Below are positions 24,375 to 31,493 of a DNA stretch of 32,000 nt, piece after piece. Position numbers and translations under genes: made by a program. The stretch is from Gemmata obscuriglobus (GTDB taxonomy: Bacteria; Planctomycetota; Planctomycetia; Gemmatales; Gemmataceae): positions 4,290,001 through 4,322,000 of the forward strand of contig NZ_CP042911.1 in the NCBI RefSeq assembly GCF_008065095.1, written 5' to 3'. Below the pieces are notes generated by a model. That model searched no databases. It saw only the letters and a program-made list of their open reading frames with translations, and was not told the origin of the DNA. Positions within the stretch are counted from its first letter, which is position 1. Every line of letters begins with the position of its first letter.

Positions 24375-24392
24375 CCCTCCCTGCAGGGAGGG
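24375..24392. terminator. Perfect 18-bp GC-rich palindrome CCCTCCCTGCAGGGAGGG (candidate operon terminator or REP-like unit)
   Basis: Read directly. It starts 29 nt after the stop at 24344-24346. No U-tract. Confidence 0.4.
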
Positions 24393-24452
24393 GGAGCAAG
24401 GCACTTCGGAATCGCTTCGCGCACTGCGTTCGCTCGGGGCTGCCGCAGAACG

Positions 24453-24474
24453 CCCCTTCCCTGCAGGGAGGGGG
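24453..24474. repeat. Second copy of the CCCT(T/C)CCCTGCAGGGAGGGG hairpin unit
   Basis: CCCCTTCCCTGCAGGGAGGGGG forms an 11-bp stem with one G-T pair and is followed by GCTGGGGGGTGGGTC. It has the same core as 24375-24392. Confidence 0.6.
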
Positions 24475-24535
24475 CTGGGGGGTGGGTCGCTCACGCGAAC
24501 TCAATCTGCTTCGGTGTTTTGCGAGTGGTGCGCGC

Positions 24536-24601
24536 CACCCGCCTGCTGACGCAGGCGGTTCGACCGTGACTTGTCGAACCGCCTGCGTCAGCAGGCGGGT
24601 G
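24536..24601. repeat. Perfect 29-bp inverted repeat with an 8-nt loop
   Basis: CACCCGCCTGCTGACGCAGGCGGTTCGAC (24536-24564) is followed by loop CGTGACTT and then GTCGAACCGCCTGCGTCAGCAGGCGGGTG (24573-24601). Each arm contains its own sub-hairpin GCCTGC-TGAC-GCAGGC. Confidence 0.9.
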
Positions 24602-24703
24602 TAGCCAGGGCGTCTCACCCAGGCCGCATGATTCCGAAGCAGACGGAACTTTTTCAGCTCGCGGCGGCATTCCTTGGGAGAGAATACCCCCGAGGAAGCC
24701 GGT

Positions 24704-27700
24704 ATGCCCATCACCCGTAACATCTTGGCGGCGCTCCACGCACCCGGCCCCGACACCGGGGCGACCGATGCGGAACTGCTGGGGCGGTTCGCCGACACCC
24801 GCGACGAGGCGGCGTTCGAGGCGCTCGTCCGTCGGCACGCCCGGCTGGTGTGGGGCGTGTGCTGTCGCGCACTGGGACACGCCCAGGACACCGAGGACGC
24901 CTTCCAGGCGACGTTCCTCGTACTCGCCCGGAACCCCCACAAGCCGCGCCGGGCGGGCACCGCGTCCGGGTTCCTGTTCGGTGTGGCCCGTCGGGTCGCA
25001 CTGAAGATGCGGGCGCAAACCGCGGCTCGGGCGGCGCGCCCGCCGGCCCCAGAACCCGGAGCGGGTGCCGATCCGTCGGCCGAGGCCGCTCTCCATGAAC
25101 TTCAGGCGGCGCTCGACGACGAGGTCGGCCGGTTGCCCGAGGTTTACCGGGTGGCGTTCTTGCTGTGTGTGGTTGAGGGCCTGTCACGGGCCGATGCGGC
25201 GGCCGAGTTGGGCGTGGCCCCGGGCACGTTGTCCGGTCGGCTCGCCCGCGCACGACTCTTGCTGCGCGCCCGGCTGGCGAAGCGCGGGGTTCAACTGGCG
25301 GCAGCACTCGCTCTCAACGACCTTGCGGCGTCGGCGGCTCCACCGGCCGCGGTGCGCGCGGCCGTTGCAGTCGGTGCGGCGCGACAAGTAAAACCGGTTC
25401 TTGCTGTGGTGGCGGATGTACTGCGCGCCCGGACGGTGTTGGGCGCCGCGCTGGGGTTGGTGGCGTGCGTCGTAGTGGCGGCCGGGTTGGCAACCGGGGA
25501 CCCGCCGCGCCCGGCCGACGTGCCGGCACCACGATCGGCCGAAAAGTCGGTCGAACGTCCGGCGGCTCGGGACGTGCGGGGTGACCCGCTGCCGGTGGGG
25601 GCCGTCGCGCGGCTCGGGTCGGCGCGCTGGCGGCACGAGGGCGAGGCCGAGTCGCTGGCCTTCGCCCCGGACGGCAAGACGCTGGCCGTCCTCAGCCTCA
25701 ACGATCACTCCATTTCCTTGTTCGAGACCACGACCGGAAAGACTGTTCACCGCATTGCTTTTCCGGACGGAACGTTTGACCCGAGCGTTGTGGCCTTCTC
25801 GCCAGACGGGTTGCTGTTCGCATGCCGTGGAGGGGACGGGACCGTTTACCTGTGGGACGCGCAGAGCCGAAAGCTCGTCCACACCCTGAAGTCCGTTGGC
25901 GGGGAGGGCCCTGGGCGGTGGTCGCCGGTCGTGTTCTCCCCGAATGGGAAATTCCTGGCCGCCTCTGCTGGGCCGAATCTGATTGCGATCTGGGACGCCG
26001 TAAAGGGCAAACACGCGGTGACCGTAACGGGACACCAGCACGCCAACCCGTCTATGGCATTTTCCCGTGACGGCCGACACCTTGCTGTTGCTACTCAAAA
26101 CCCCGTTGTGCAACTCTTCGACGCTGCCACCGGTAAGCGGGCCGGCGGGTTCGACCCGGGCCAGCGGTTCGCGCTGTGCTTGGCCTTTTCCCCCGACGGC
26201 AAAGTGATCGCAACAGGGGGAAAGGACATGATCGTTCTTTCTGACGCAGTCACCGGCAAAGAACTCGGGCGAATGGAAATGAAACAGGTGCTGAACGTGG
26301 CCTTCGCCCCCGACGGCAAGGCACTGGTTTCGGTGGGCGAGGACTGCAAGGTGCGTGTGTGGGACGTGGCCACCAAGAGGGAGCGCCGCGTGCTCGACGG
26401 CAGGGGGTGGCTCGGACGGTCGATGGCACTTTCTGCGGACGGCAAGACGGTCGCGCTGGGGAGCGTACACAACGTGGTCCGGGTGTGGGACCTGGACACG
26501 GGCAGGGAACTCTCCGAGCAAGCGGACGGCCACGACGCCCCCGTCCGCGCGGTCGCGTTCTCGCCCGACGGTCGAACCCTCGTTACCGGCGGTGAGAACC
26601 AGCAAATCCGCGTGTGGGATGCGGCAAGGTTACGGCCCGTCGGGCAACTCAAGGGCTATAGCGCCCAGCACGTCGCGTTCTCCCCCGACAGCAGCCGGCT
26701 GCTGACCGCGTGGGACTGGAGCAAGTCCGCCCGCGTGTGGGATATCAACCGGGGCAATAAGCTGCTGGACTTCGGCCCGGTCGAAGGCGAGCGGCTTCCC
26801 GCTGCGGCTTTTGCGCGGGAGGGGAAGACGGTGGTGACTGTTTCCTGGCGGTGGAACGGTGAAAAGCCCGTTCCCAACGCTCCGCGGACTATCGGCCTCT
26901 TCGGTACATGGGACGCTGCGACCGGGAAACGGATTCGGGAAGCGAGCTTGCCGGGGGTGGGGAACACCGTTCTGGCTCTGTCACCAGACGGCAGACTGGC
27001 AGCGGTCGGGGGGCAGGGGGAGGCGCCCCTCTGGTTGTGCGACATCGCACGCGGCCACGAGCGCCGCCTCTCGTACACCCCCTGGGACACCGTCAAGGGC
27101 GTTGCATTTTCCCCGGACGGTCGCCTCCTGGCAACCGGGGGCATCGATCGCGAGCACGTGGTCGGAGGAGGGACGCACCACCGGCCACGGATCTGGGAGG
27201 TGAGCACCGGCCGCGAAGTGCTACAGTTGGCCGGTCACGAGCGGACGGTGACGGCGCTGGCGTTTGCGCCGGGGGGACGGGTCCTGGCTACCGCGGACGG
27301 TGACGACAATCTACCCTCCCTGCCGCCGGGACCGCAGACGATTCGGTTCTGGGATGTCGGCAGCGGAAAGGAGCTGGCCCGGCTCGGCGGTCATCACTCG
27401 AACGTTACGTCTCTGGCATTCTCGAAGGACGGGACGCAACTCGTCGCCGGAATGAGCAACGGAACCGCGCTGGTTTGGGAGGCGCCCGCGGCGATCAAGC
27501 CAGTGCCCTCGAAACCCGGGCGGAAGTTGGGTCCGAAGGAACTGGCCGCGTTGTGGAACGATCTCAGCGGGAGTGACGCCCGCGTTGCGCACGAGGCGGT
27601 GCGGATTCTGGCCGGATCACCAGAGCAGAGCGTGCCCTTCCTGGCGGACGCTCTCAAACCGGCTGGGAAGCTTGACGCGGCGCAGGTTCGGAAGTGGATC

Positions 27701-28015
27701 GCGGACCTGAAGGACGACACGTTCGCGGTGCGAGAGGCCGCCTCGCGCGAACTCGCCGCACGTGGGGAGGACGTCGAGCCGGACCTGGAGAAGGCACTGG
27801 CAGACGTCTCACCGGAAGCGGTTCGCCGGGTCCAGGCCCTCCTGACCGCGCTCCGCAACTCACCGCCGCCGGACCGCCGCAGGGAGTTGCGCGGCATGTG
27901 GGTGCTGGAACTGATCGGAACACCAGCCGCCCAAAAGGTTCTGACCAGCATTTCCCAGGGCGACCCGGGCGCCCGGCTGACCCGCGAGGCCAAAGCGGCC
28001 CTCGCCCGCCGGTGA
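24704..28015 (+). CDS. ECF sigma-70 factor fused to a TM helix, about 14 WD40 repeats and a helical C-terminal domain
   Basis: Sigma region 2 (AFEALVRRHARLVWGVCCRALGHAQDTEDAFQATFLVLAR) and region 4 (LPEVYRVAFLLCVVEGLSRADAAAELGVAPGTLSGRLARARLLLRARL) are present. The TM segment is VLGAALGLVACVVVAAGLA. There are 14 WD-type blade endings (VYLWDA, IAIWDA, VQLFDA, VRVWDV, VRVWDL, IRVWDA, ARVWDI, PRIWEV, IRFWDV, ALVWEA ...). The C-terminal region is HEAT-like. ATG 24704 has GAGGAAG 6 nt upstream. Confidence 0.88.
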   Translation: MPITRNILAALHAPGPDTGATDAELLGRFADTRDEAAFEALVRRHARLVWGVCCRALGHAQDTEDAFQATFLVLARNPHKPRRAGTASGFLFGVARRVALKMRAQTAARAARPPAPEPGAGADPSAEAALHELQAALDDEVGRLPEVYRVAFLLCVVEGLSRADAAAELGVAPGTLSGRLARARLLLRARLAKRGVQLAAALALNDLAASAAPPAAVRAAVAVGAARQVKPVLAVVADVLRARTVLGAALGLVACVVVAAGLATGDPPRPADVPAPRSAEKSVERPAARDVRGDPLPVGAVARLGSARWRHEGEAESLAFAPDGKTLAVLSLNDHSISLFETTTGKTVHRIAFPDGTFDPSVVAFSPDGLLFACRGGDGTVYLWDAQSRKLVHTLKSVGGEGPGRWSPVVFSPNGKFLAASAGPNLIAIWDAVKGKHAVTVTGHQHANPSMAFSRDGRHLAVATQNPVVQLFDAATGKRAGGFDPGQRFALCLAFSPDGKVIATGGKDMIVLSDAVTGKELGRMEMKQVLNVAFAPDGKALVSVGEDCKVRVWDVATKRERRVLDGRGWLGRSMALSADGKTVALGSVHNVVRVWDLDTGRELSEQADGHDAPVRAVAFSPDGRTLVTGGENQQIRVWDAARLRPVGQLKGYSAQHVAFSPDSSRLLTAWDWSKSARVWDINRGNKLLDFGPVEGERLPAAAFAREGKTVVTVSWRWNGEKPVPNAPRTIGLFGTWDAATGKRIREASLPGVGNTVLALSPDGRLAAVGGQGEAPLWLCDIARGHERRLSYTPWDTVKGVAFSPDGRLLATGGIDREHVVGGGTHHRPRIWEVSTGREVLQLAGHERTVTALAFAPGGRVLATADGDDNLPSLPPGPQTIRFWDVGSGKELARLGGHHSNVTSLAFSKDGTQLVAGMSNGTALVWEAPAAIKPVPSKPGRKLGPKELAALWNDLSGSDARVAHEAVRILAGSPEQSVPFLADALKPAGKLDAAQVRKWIADLKDDTFAVREAASRELAARGEDVEPDLEKALADVSPEAVRRVQALLTALRNSPPPDRRRELRGMWVLELIGTPAAQKVLTSISQGDPGARLTREAKAALARR

Positions 28016-28022
28016 GATCGTG

Positions 28023-28054
28023 CGGCCGCGCGCCACCAGTGCGGCGCGCGGTCG
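28023..28054. terminator. Candidate bidirectional terminator hairpin between convergent genes
   Basis: CCGCGCGCC (28026-28034) pairs with GGCGCGCGG (28043-28051), extendable by 3 pairs (one G-T) to 28023-28054. It lies in the 45-nt gap between the stops at 28013-28015 (+) and 28061-28063 (-). Confidence 0.45.
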
Positions 28055-28060
28055 GTGTGG

Positions 28061-31048
28061 TTACTTCTTCGGCCAGATCACGCGCCCGGGTGTGGTCGTG
28101 CGGGTGCTGTAGAGCGTGCCGCCGCCGGTGATGTAAAGCGTCTTCAGGTCCGGGCCGCCGAACGCACAGTTGGTCACCTCGTCCGTCGGCACCGCCAGGA
28201 ACGCGAGCAACTTTCCGCTCTCGGGGTCGATGACGTAGACGCCGCCCTTCACGTCCTCGGCGGGTTCGGCCGCGGTCGGCTTGTTCAATCCGCCCGCGAC
28301 ATACAACCGACCCTTGGCGTCCTGTTTGATGCCGTCGGGTCCGCGCCCCGTCTTCCAATCGTGCAGCATCTTCTGCGACTTGAGGTCCACAGTGCCGTCG
28401 GTCTTCAGGTCGAACCGCCAGAGCTTCCGCGCGCCGCCCTTGTCGTTGTTGTTGTCAGCCACGAACAGGTACTTATCGTCGGCGGACACGAGCACGCCGT
28501 TCGCGCGCTCGAGCTCACGGCCGATGACGCGACTCACTTTGCCGTCGGTGTCGAGGCGGTACACGCCTTCGATGGTCTTGCCGTCCGCGTCCTTCTGCTG
28601 CATGTCGTCGCGCGGGCCGTAGCGCGGGTCGCTGAAGTAGATGCGGTTCTTGGAGTCGATGGTCAGGTCGTTGGGCTGGTTGTATTTCTTGCCGCCGAAC
28701 GAGTCGGTCAGTACGGTGCGTTTGCCGTCGCGGTTGACGCGCGACACCGAGCGCGACACCGGTTCGCAGCACACGAGAGTGCCTGTGCGGTCGAAGAGGA
28801 GCCCGTTGGTGCCCGCCTTCTCGCGCCACACCGTGCTTTCGCCCTTCGGGGTGAACTGGTGAATGCCCTTCTCGCCGCTGGTGAGCACGCCGAGGTCGGC
28901 GTCCCACGCCGGCCCCTCGCCCGCCGCCCCTTTGCCCGCGAGTGTGATGAGCTTCGCCCCCTGCTCAAAGATTGGTTCATCTTTGGCGGCGTTTGCAAGA
29001 AGGCCTAGTTCCTTCAGTACCCTGTCCGGGGTGGTGATGACGAAATCGTTTCTTCGACCAATCAGTTCGAACGCGGCAGACGCCGGCGCGTAGGCGGTCG
29101 CGAGTTGGTCCAAGGTCCGCGCGGTCCCACCGCCCGACACGCCACCGGCGATGACAACGCGCTTCGGGGCGCAGAGGGCGGCGAGGTGCGCCACGTCCCC
29201 GATGTCGCGGAGCAAGCCGGGCGCCATCACCCCGAGGCGCTGGTTCGTGTACGGTTCGTCCGTCACGAAGCTGGTCAGGGTGTTGATCGCAACGACCGCG
29301 GAGATGCGCTTCTCGTTGACATCAAGAGCCGCTGCTGAGAGCGCGACGATCCCAGCCGGACCTTCGCCTATGACGGTGATGTAGTTCAGCCCTGCTTCGC
29401 TCCGCAAAATCGACAGCACTCGGTGAAGGTCAATGCACCACTGCCCCAACAGGGGGCGACCGAGCCAAAGGCCCCATTCAGCGGTGTTGTGATCCGGTGC
29501 CCGGCCGACACGCTCACCGATGCCAGCCAGTGTACCCGTTCCCCGGAGGTCGAAAGTGACAACAGTTACGCCCGCGGTTTTGAGTGCAGCGTACAACTCC
29601 CCCTGTTGCGCCGCTTTGGCCCCTTCCAGGTTCAGCAGCACGACCGCCGGCGTACCGATCCTGCCGTCAATGCGACAGTGCAGGGTCAACCCTTCCTCTG
29701 GGTCGATACGGAGTGTGTTCGAAAGTCGCCACGAGGCGCTGAAGTCGTGTGGGGGACGGATGAGTTCTGCCAGTGCCTTGCGCCGGGTCTCTGACTCTCG
29801 GTTCCATTCCTCCCGTGTGCGGGGCGCCGGCACCGAGTCACGTAACTTCTTCCCCTCTCGCGCCGCGAACTTGGGGATCGTCACGAAGTCCTTCGGCCGC
29901 GTGTCGCCGGGGTAGCAGCGGAGGTCTTCAGGGTGTTCGGTCGCGATCTTCGGTTCGGGGATTGGCTCGCCGTTGCCCTCGCCCTTGAGGTGCAGGGTCA
30001 TGAAGCCGTACATCGTCTCGCGCATCGACTTGCTGTAGTCGTGCGGCCCCTCGAAGACCGCGTGTTGCAGGTTGTCCGGCTTCCCGAGCAGCTTGAAGAC
30101 AGGCGCAGTGAAGGCGAGTGTCTTCTTTGCCTCGCTGACCGAAAACTGGATGCCGTCGTTCGTCGCGTTCACGACGCACAGCGCGCGCGGGGCGGTCAGC
30201 GCGAGGACGGCCCACTCCTCGGTGAACTTCAGCGCGCCGGGGACCACCTCGCACATGCAGCACGCCGTTTGAAGGTACGCCTGATAGCTACCGACCGAGC
30301 ATACCGGCATCACGGCTTTTAACCGCTTGTCCCAAGCTCCGGCGTACATCGTCTGGTTGCCGCCGCCGCTGGCGCCGGTGATGCCGATGCGCGTCTTGTC
30401 CACCTCCGTGCGGGTTTCGAGGTAATCGACCGCCCGCATGTTCTCGTACACCTGCAACCCCGACAGCGGCAGACCGATGGGGAGCAACGTGGCGGCGGTC
30501 ATGTCGCCGTGGTACTCGCCCAGGGCGGTCCCGACCCCGCGCTCGCCGGCGCCGAACGCGTCCACGCACAGCACGACGAACCCGAGCTTCGCGGCGCCGA
30601 TGCACCGGGACTGTACCACCGGGTCCTGTTTGGCGCCTTTCCAGTGGCCGTGGACCTGCAAGATCGCGGGCGCGGGTTTCGTTTTCGCGGAATCGGGGAC
30701 GTACAGGTTGCAGGTCATACGGACACCGGGGCGCGTCTGGATGGTGAGCTTCTCGACGGTGTACCCGTCGCGCGTGAGCGGCTCCCCGTGTCGCTTCGGG
30801 TCAAGGTCGCACGGCTTCGGCAGGAAGCACGCCTCTCCACCCCATGCATCGAACAGGTTCTTGCGCAGTTCGGTTTCGATCTTCTCCCACTCGGCGATCG
30901 TGGCCGGAGGTTTGTCGCCTTTTCGTAGTTCTGCGGCTTGCTTGAGAACGAACGCCTGGTACTGCTTGTTGGCCGGAATTTCATCGCCAGCGAGAACGGC
31001 GAGTGGCGCGCCGAATAGCGCGAGGAGAGTGAGTGCGGATCGTGACAT
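28061..31048 (-). CDS. Secreted tri-domain protein: alpha/beta hydrolase (esterase-like), second degenerate alpha/beta-hydrolase-like domain, and SMP-30/gluconolactonase-like beta-propeller
   Basis: Signal peptide MSRSALTLLALFGAPLAVLAG. Domain 1 has ILQVHGHWKGAK, VLCVDAFGAGERG and the nucleophile elbow ITGASGGGNQ (Ser227). Domain 2 (about aa 440-690) has VVTFDLRGTG and an elbow-position VIGEGPAGIV with no Ser. Domain 3 (about aa 700-995) has GEGPAWD, YNQPNDLTIDSKNRIYFSDP, ANGVLVSADDKYLFVAD, GPDGIKQDAKGRLYVA and TNCAFGGPDLKTLYIT, the SGL/SMP-30 pattern. Confidence 0.88.
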   Translation of the reverse strand: MSRSALTLLALFGAPLAVLAGDEIPANKQYQAFVLKQAAELRKGDKPPATIAEWEKIETELRKNLFDAWGGEACFLPKPCDLDPKRHGEPLTRDGYTVEKLTIQTRPGVRMTCNLYVPDSAKTKPAPAILQVHGHWKGAKQDPVVQSRCIGAAKLGFVVLCVDAFGAGERGVGTALGEYHGDMTAATLLPIGLPLSGLQVYENMRAVDYLETRTEVDKTRIGITGASGGGNQTMYAGAWDKRLKAVMPVCSVGSYQAYLQTACCMCEVVPGALKFTEEWAVLALTAPRALCVVNATNDGIQFSVSEAKKTLAFTAPVFKLLGKPDNLQHAVFEGPHDYSKSMRETMYGFMTLHLKGEGNGEPIPEPKIATEHPEDLRCYPGDTRPKDFVTIPKFAAREGKKLRDSVPAPRTREEWNRESETRRKALAELIRPPHDFSASWRLSNTLRIDPEEGLTLHCRIDGRIGTPAVVLLNLEGAKAAQQGELYAALKTAGVTVVTFDLRGTGTLAGIGERVGRAPDHNTAEWGLWLGRPLLGQWCIDLHRVLSILRSEAGLNYITVIGEGPAGIVALSAAALDVNEKRISAVVAINTLTSFVTDEPYTNQRLGVMAPGLLRDIGDVAHLAALCAPKRVVIAGGVSGGGTARTLDQLATAYAPASAAFELIGRRNDFVITTPDRVLKELGLLANAAKDEPIFEQGAKLITLAGKGAAGEGPAWDADLGVLTSGEKGIHQFTPKGESTVWREKAGTNGLLFDRTGTLVCCEPVSRSVSRVNRDGKRTVLTDSFGGKKYNQPNDLTIDSKNRIYFSDPRYGPRDDMQQKDADGKTIEGVYRLDTDGKVSRVIGRELERANGVLVSADDKYLFVADNNNDKGGARKLWRFDLKTDGTVDLKSQKMLHDWKTGRGPDGIKQDAKGRLYVAGGLNKPTAAEPAEDVKGGVYVIDPESGKLLAFLAVPTDEVTNCAFGGPDLKTLYITGGGTLYSTRTTTPGRVIWPKK

Positions 31049-31341
31049 GAGACCACCAGAGGAGGGCAGGGCCGATGGCGATTAGTGTGACGGAGGCGAG
31101 GTGAGAGTGCAACAGAGTAGAGCGGCGAGACGTGCTCGACGTGTTGGTGGTGCGACGGGACAAATCAGCGACCAGTGCTTCGTCAGCGCGACGGTTCACA
31201 CTGACGAAACGATCGAATACCCCGAGCCGTTCGCGCGGGTAACGCTCGTGGAACGCCGGGCGGAAAGTGTCCCGCTTGGGGGCATGGTGAGCCCGAGACG
31301 AGGGCGTGTGGCACCCAAAGCCCGATGGAGGGCCGAGAAGA

Positions 31342-31420
31342 TTTTGACAGGATCGACAGGATAAACAGGATAAAGACAAATCAGTTTGAAATCCTGTTTA
31401 TCCTGTCGATCCTGTGAAAA
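31342..31420. repeat. REP-like 79-bp palindromic repeat, copy 2
   Basis: TTTTGACAGGATCGACAGGATAAACAGGATAAAGACAAATCAGTTTGAAATCCTGTTTATCCTGTCGATCCTGTGAAAA aligns base-for-base with 3089-3167. Differences are few, and one pair of changes is compensatory. It lies 74 nt downstream of the EF-hand gene stop and about 290 nt upstream of the hydrolase start. Confidence 0.9.
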
Positions 31421-31493
31421 TATGTCTTCACGAGTATGAGGCACGCGGGCCGAAACGAAGCCGCGACTATCCGCCTCTTCAAGCCCCCAGCCC

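Noticed and set aside
24557-24563. GGTTCGA (tRNA T-loop-like) sequence
   Set aside because: It is simply part of the 29-bp inverted-repeat arm. No acceptor, D or anticodon arms can be formed around it, and no tRNA genes were seen anywhere in the window.
25184-26605. 473-aa - strand ORF opposite the WD40 region
   Set aside because: It is antisense to a regular WD40 repeat array and has no motifs.
28055-29008. 317-aa + strand ORF opposite the gluconolactonase-like domain
   Set aside because: It is an antisense shadow. The - strand frame carries clear SGL motifs.
31101-31364. 87-aa + ORF (and 132-aa - ORF 30981..31379) between the hydrolase gene and the palindromic repeat
   Set aside because: Both are R-rich with no ribosome-binding site or motif. 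They run into the repeat element (ending ...LTGSTG, a translation of the palindrome), so they are likely a non-coding 5' region of the hydrolase gene.
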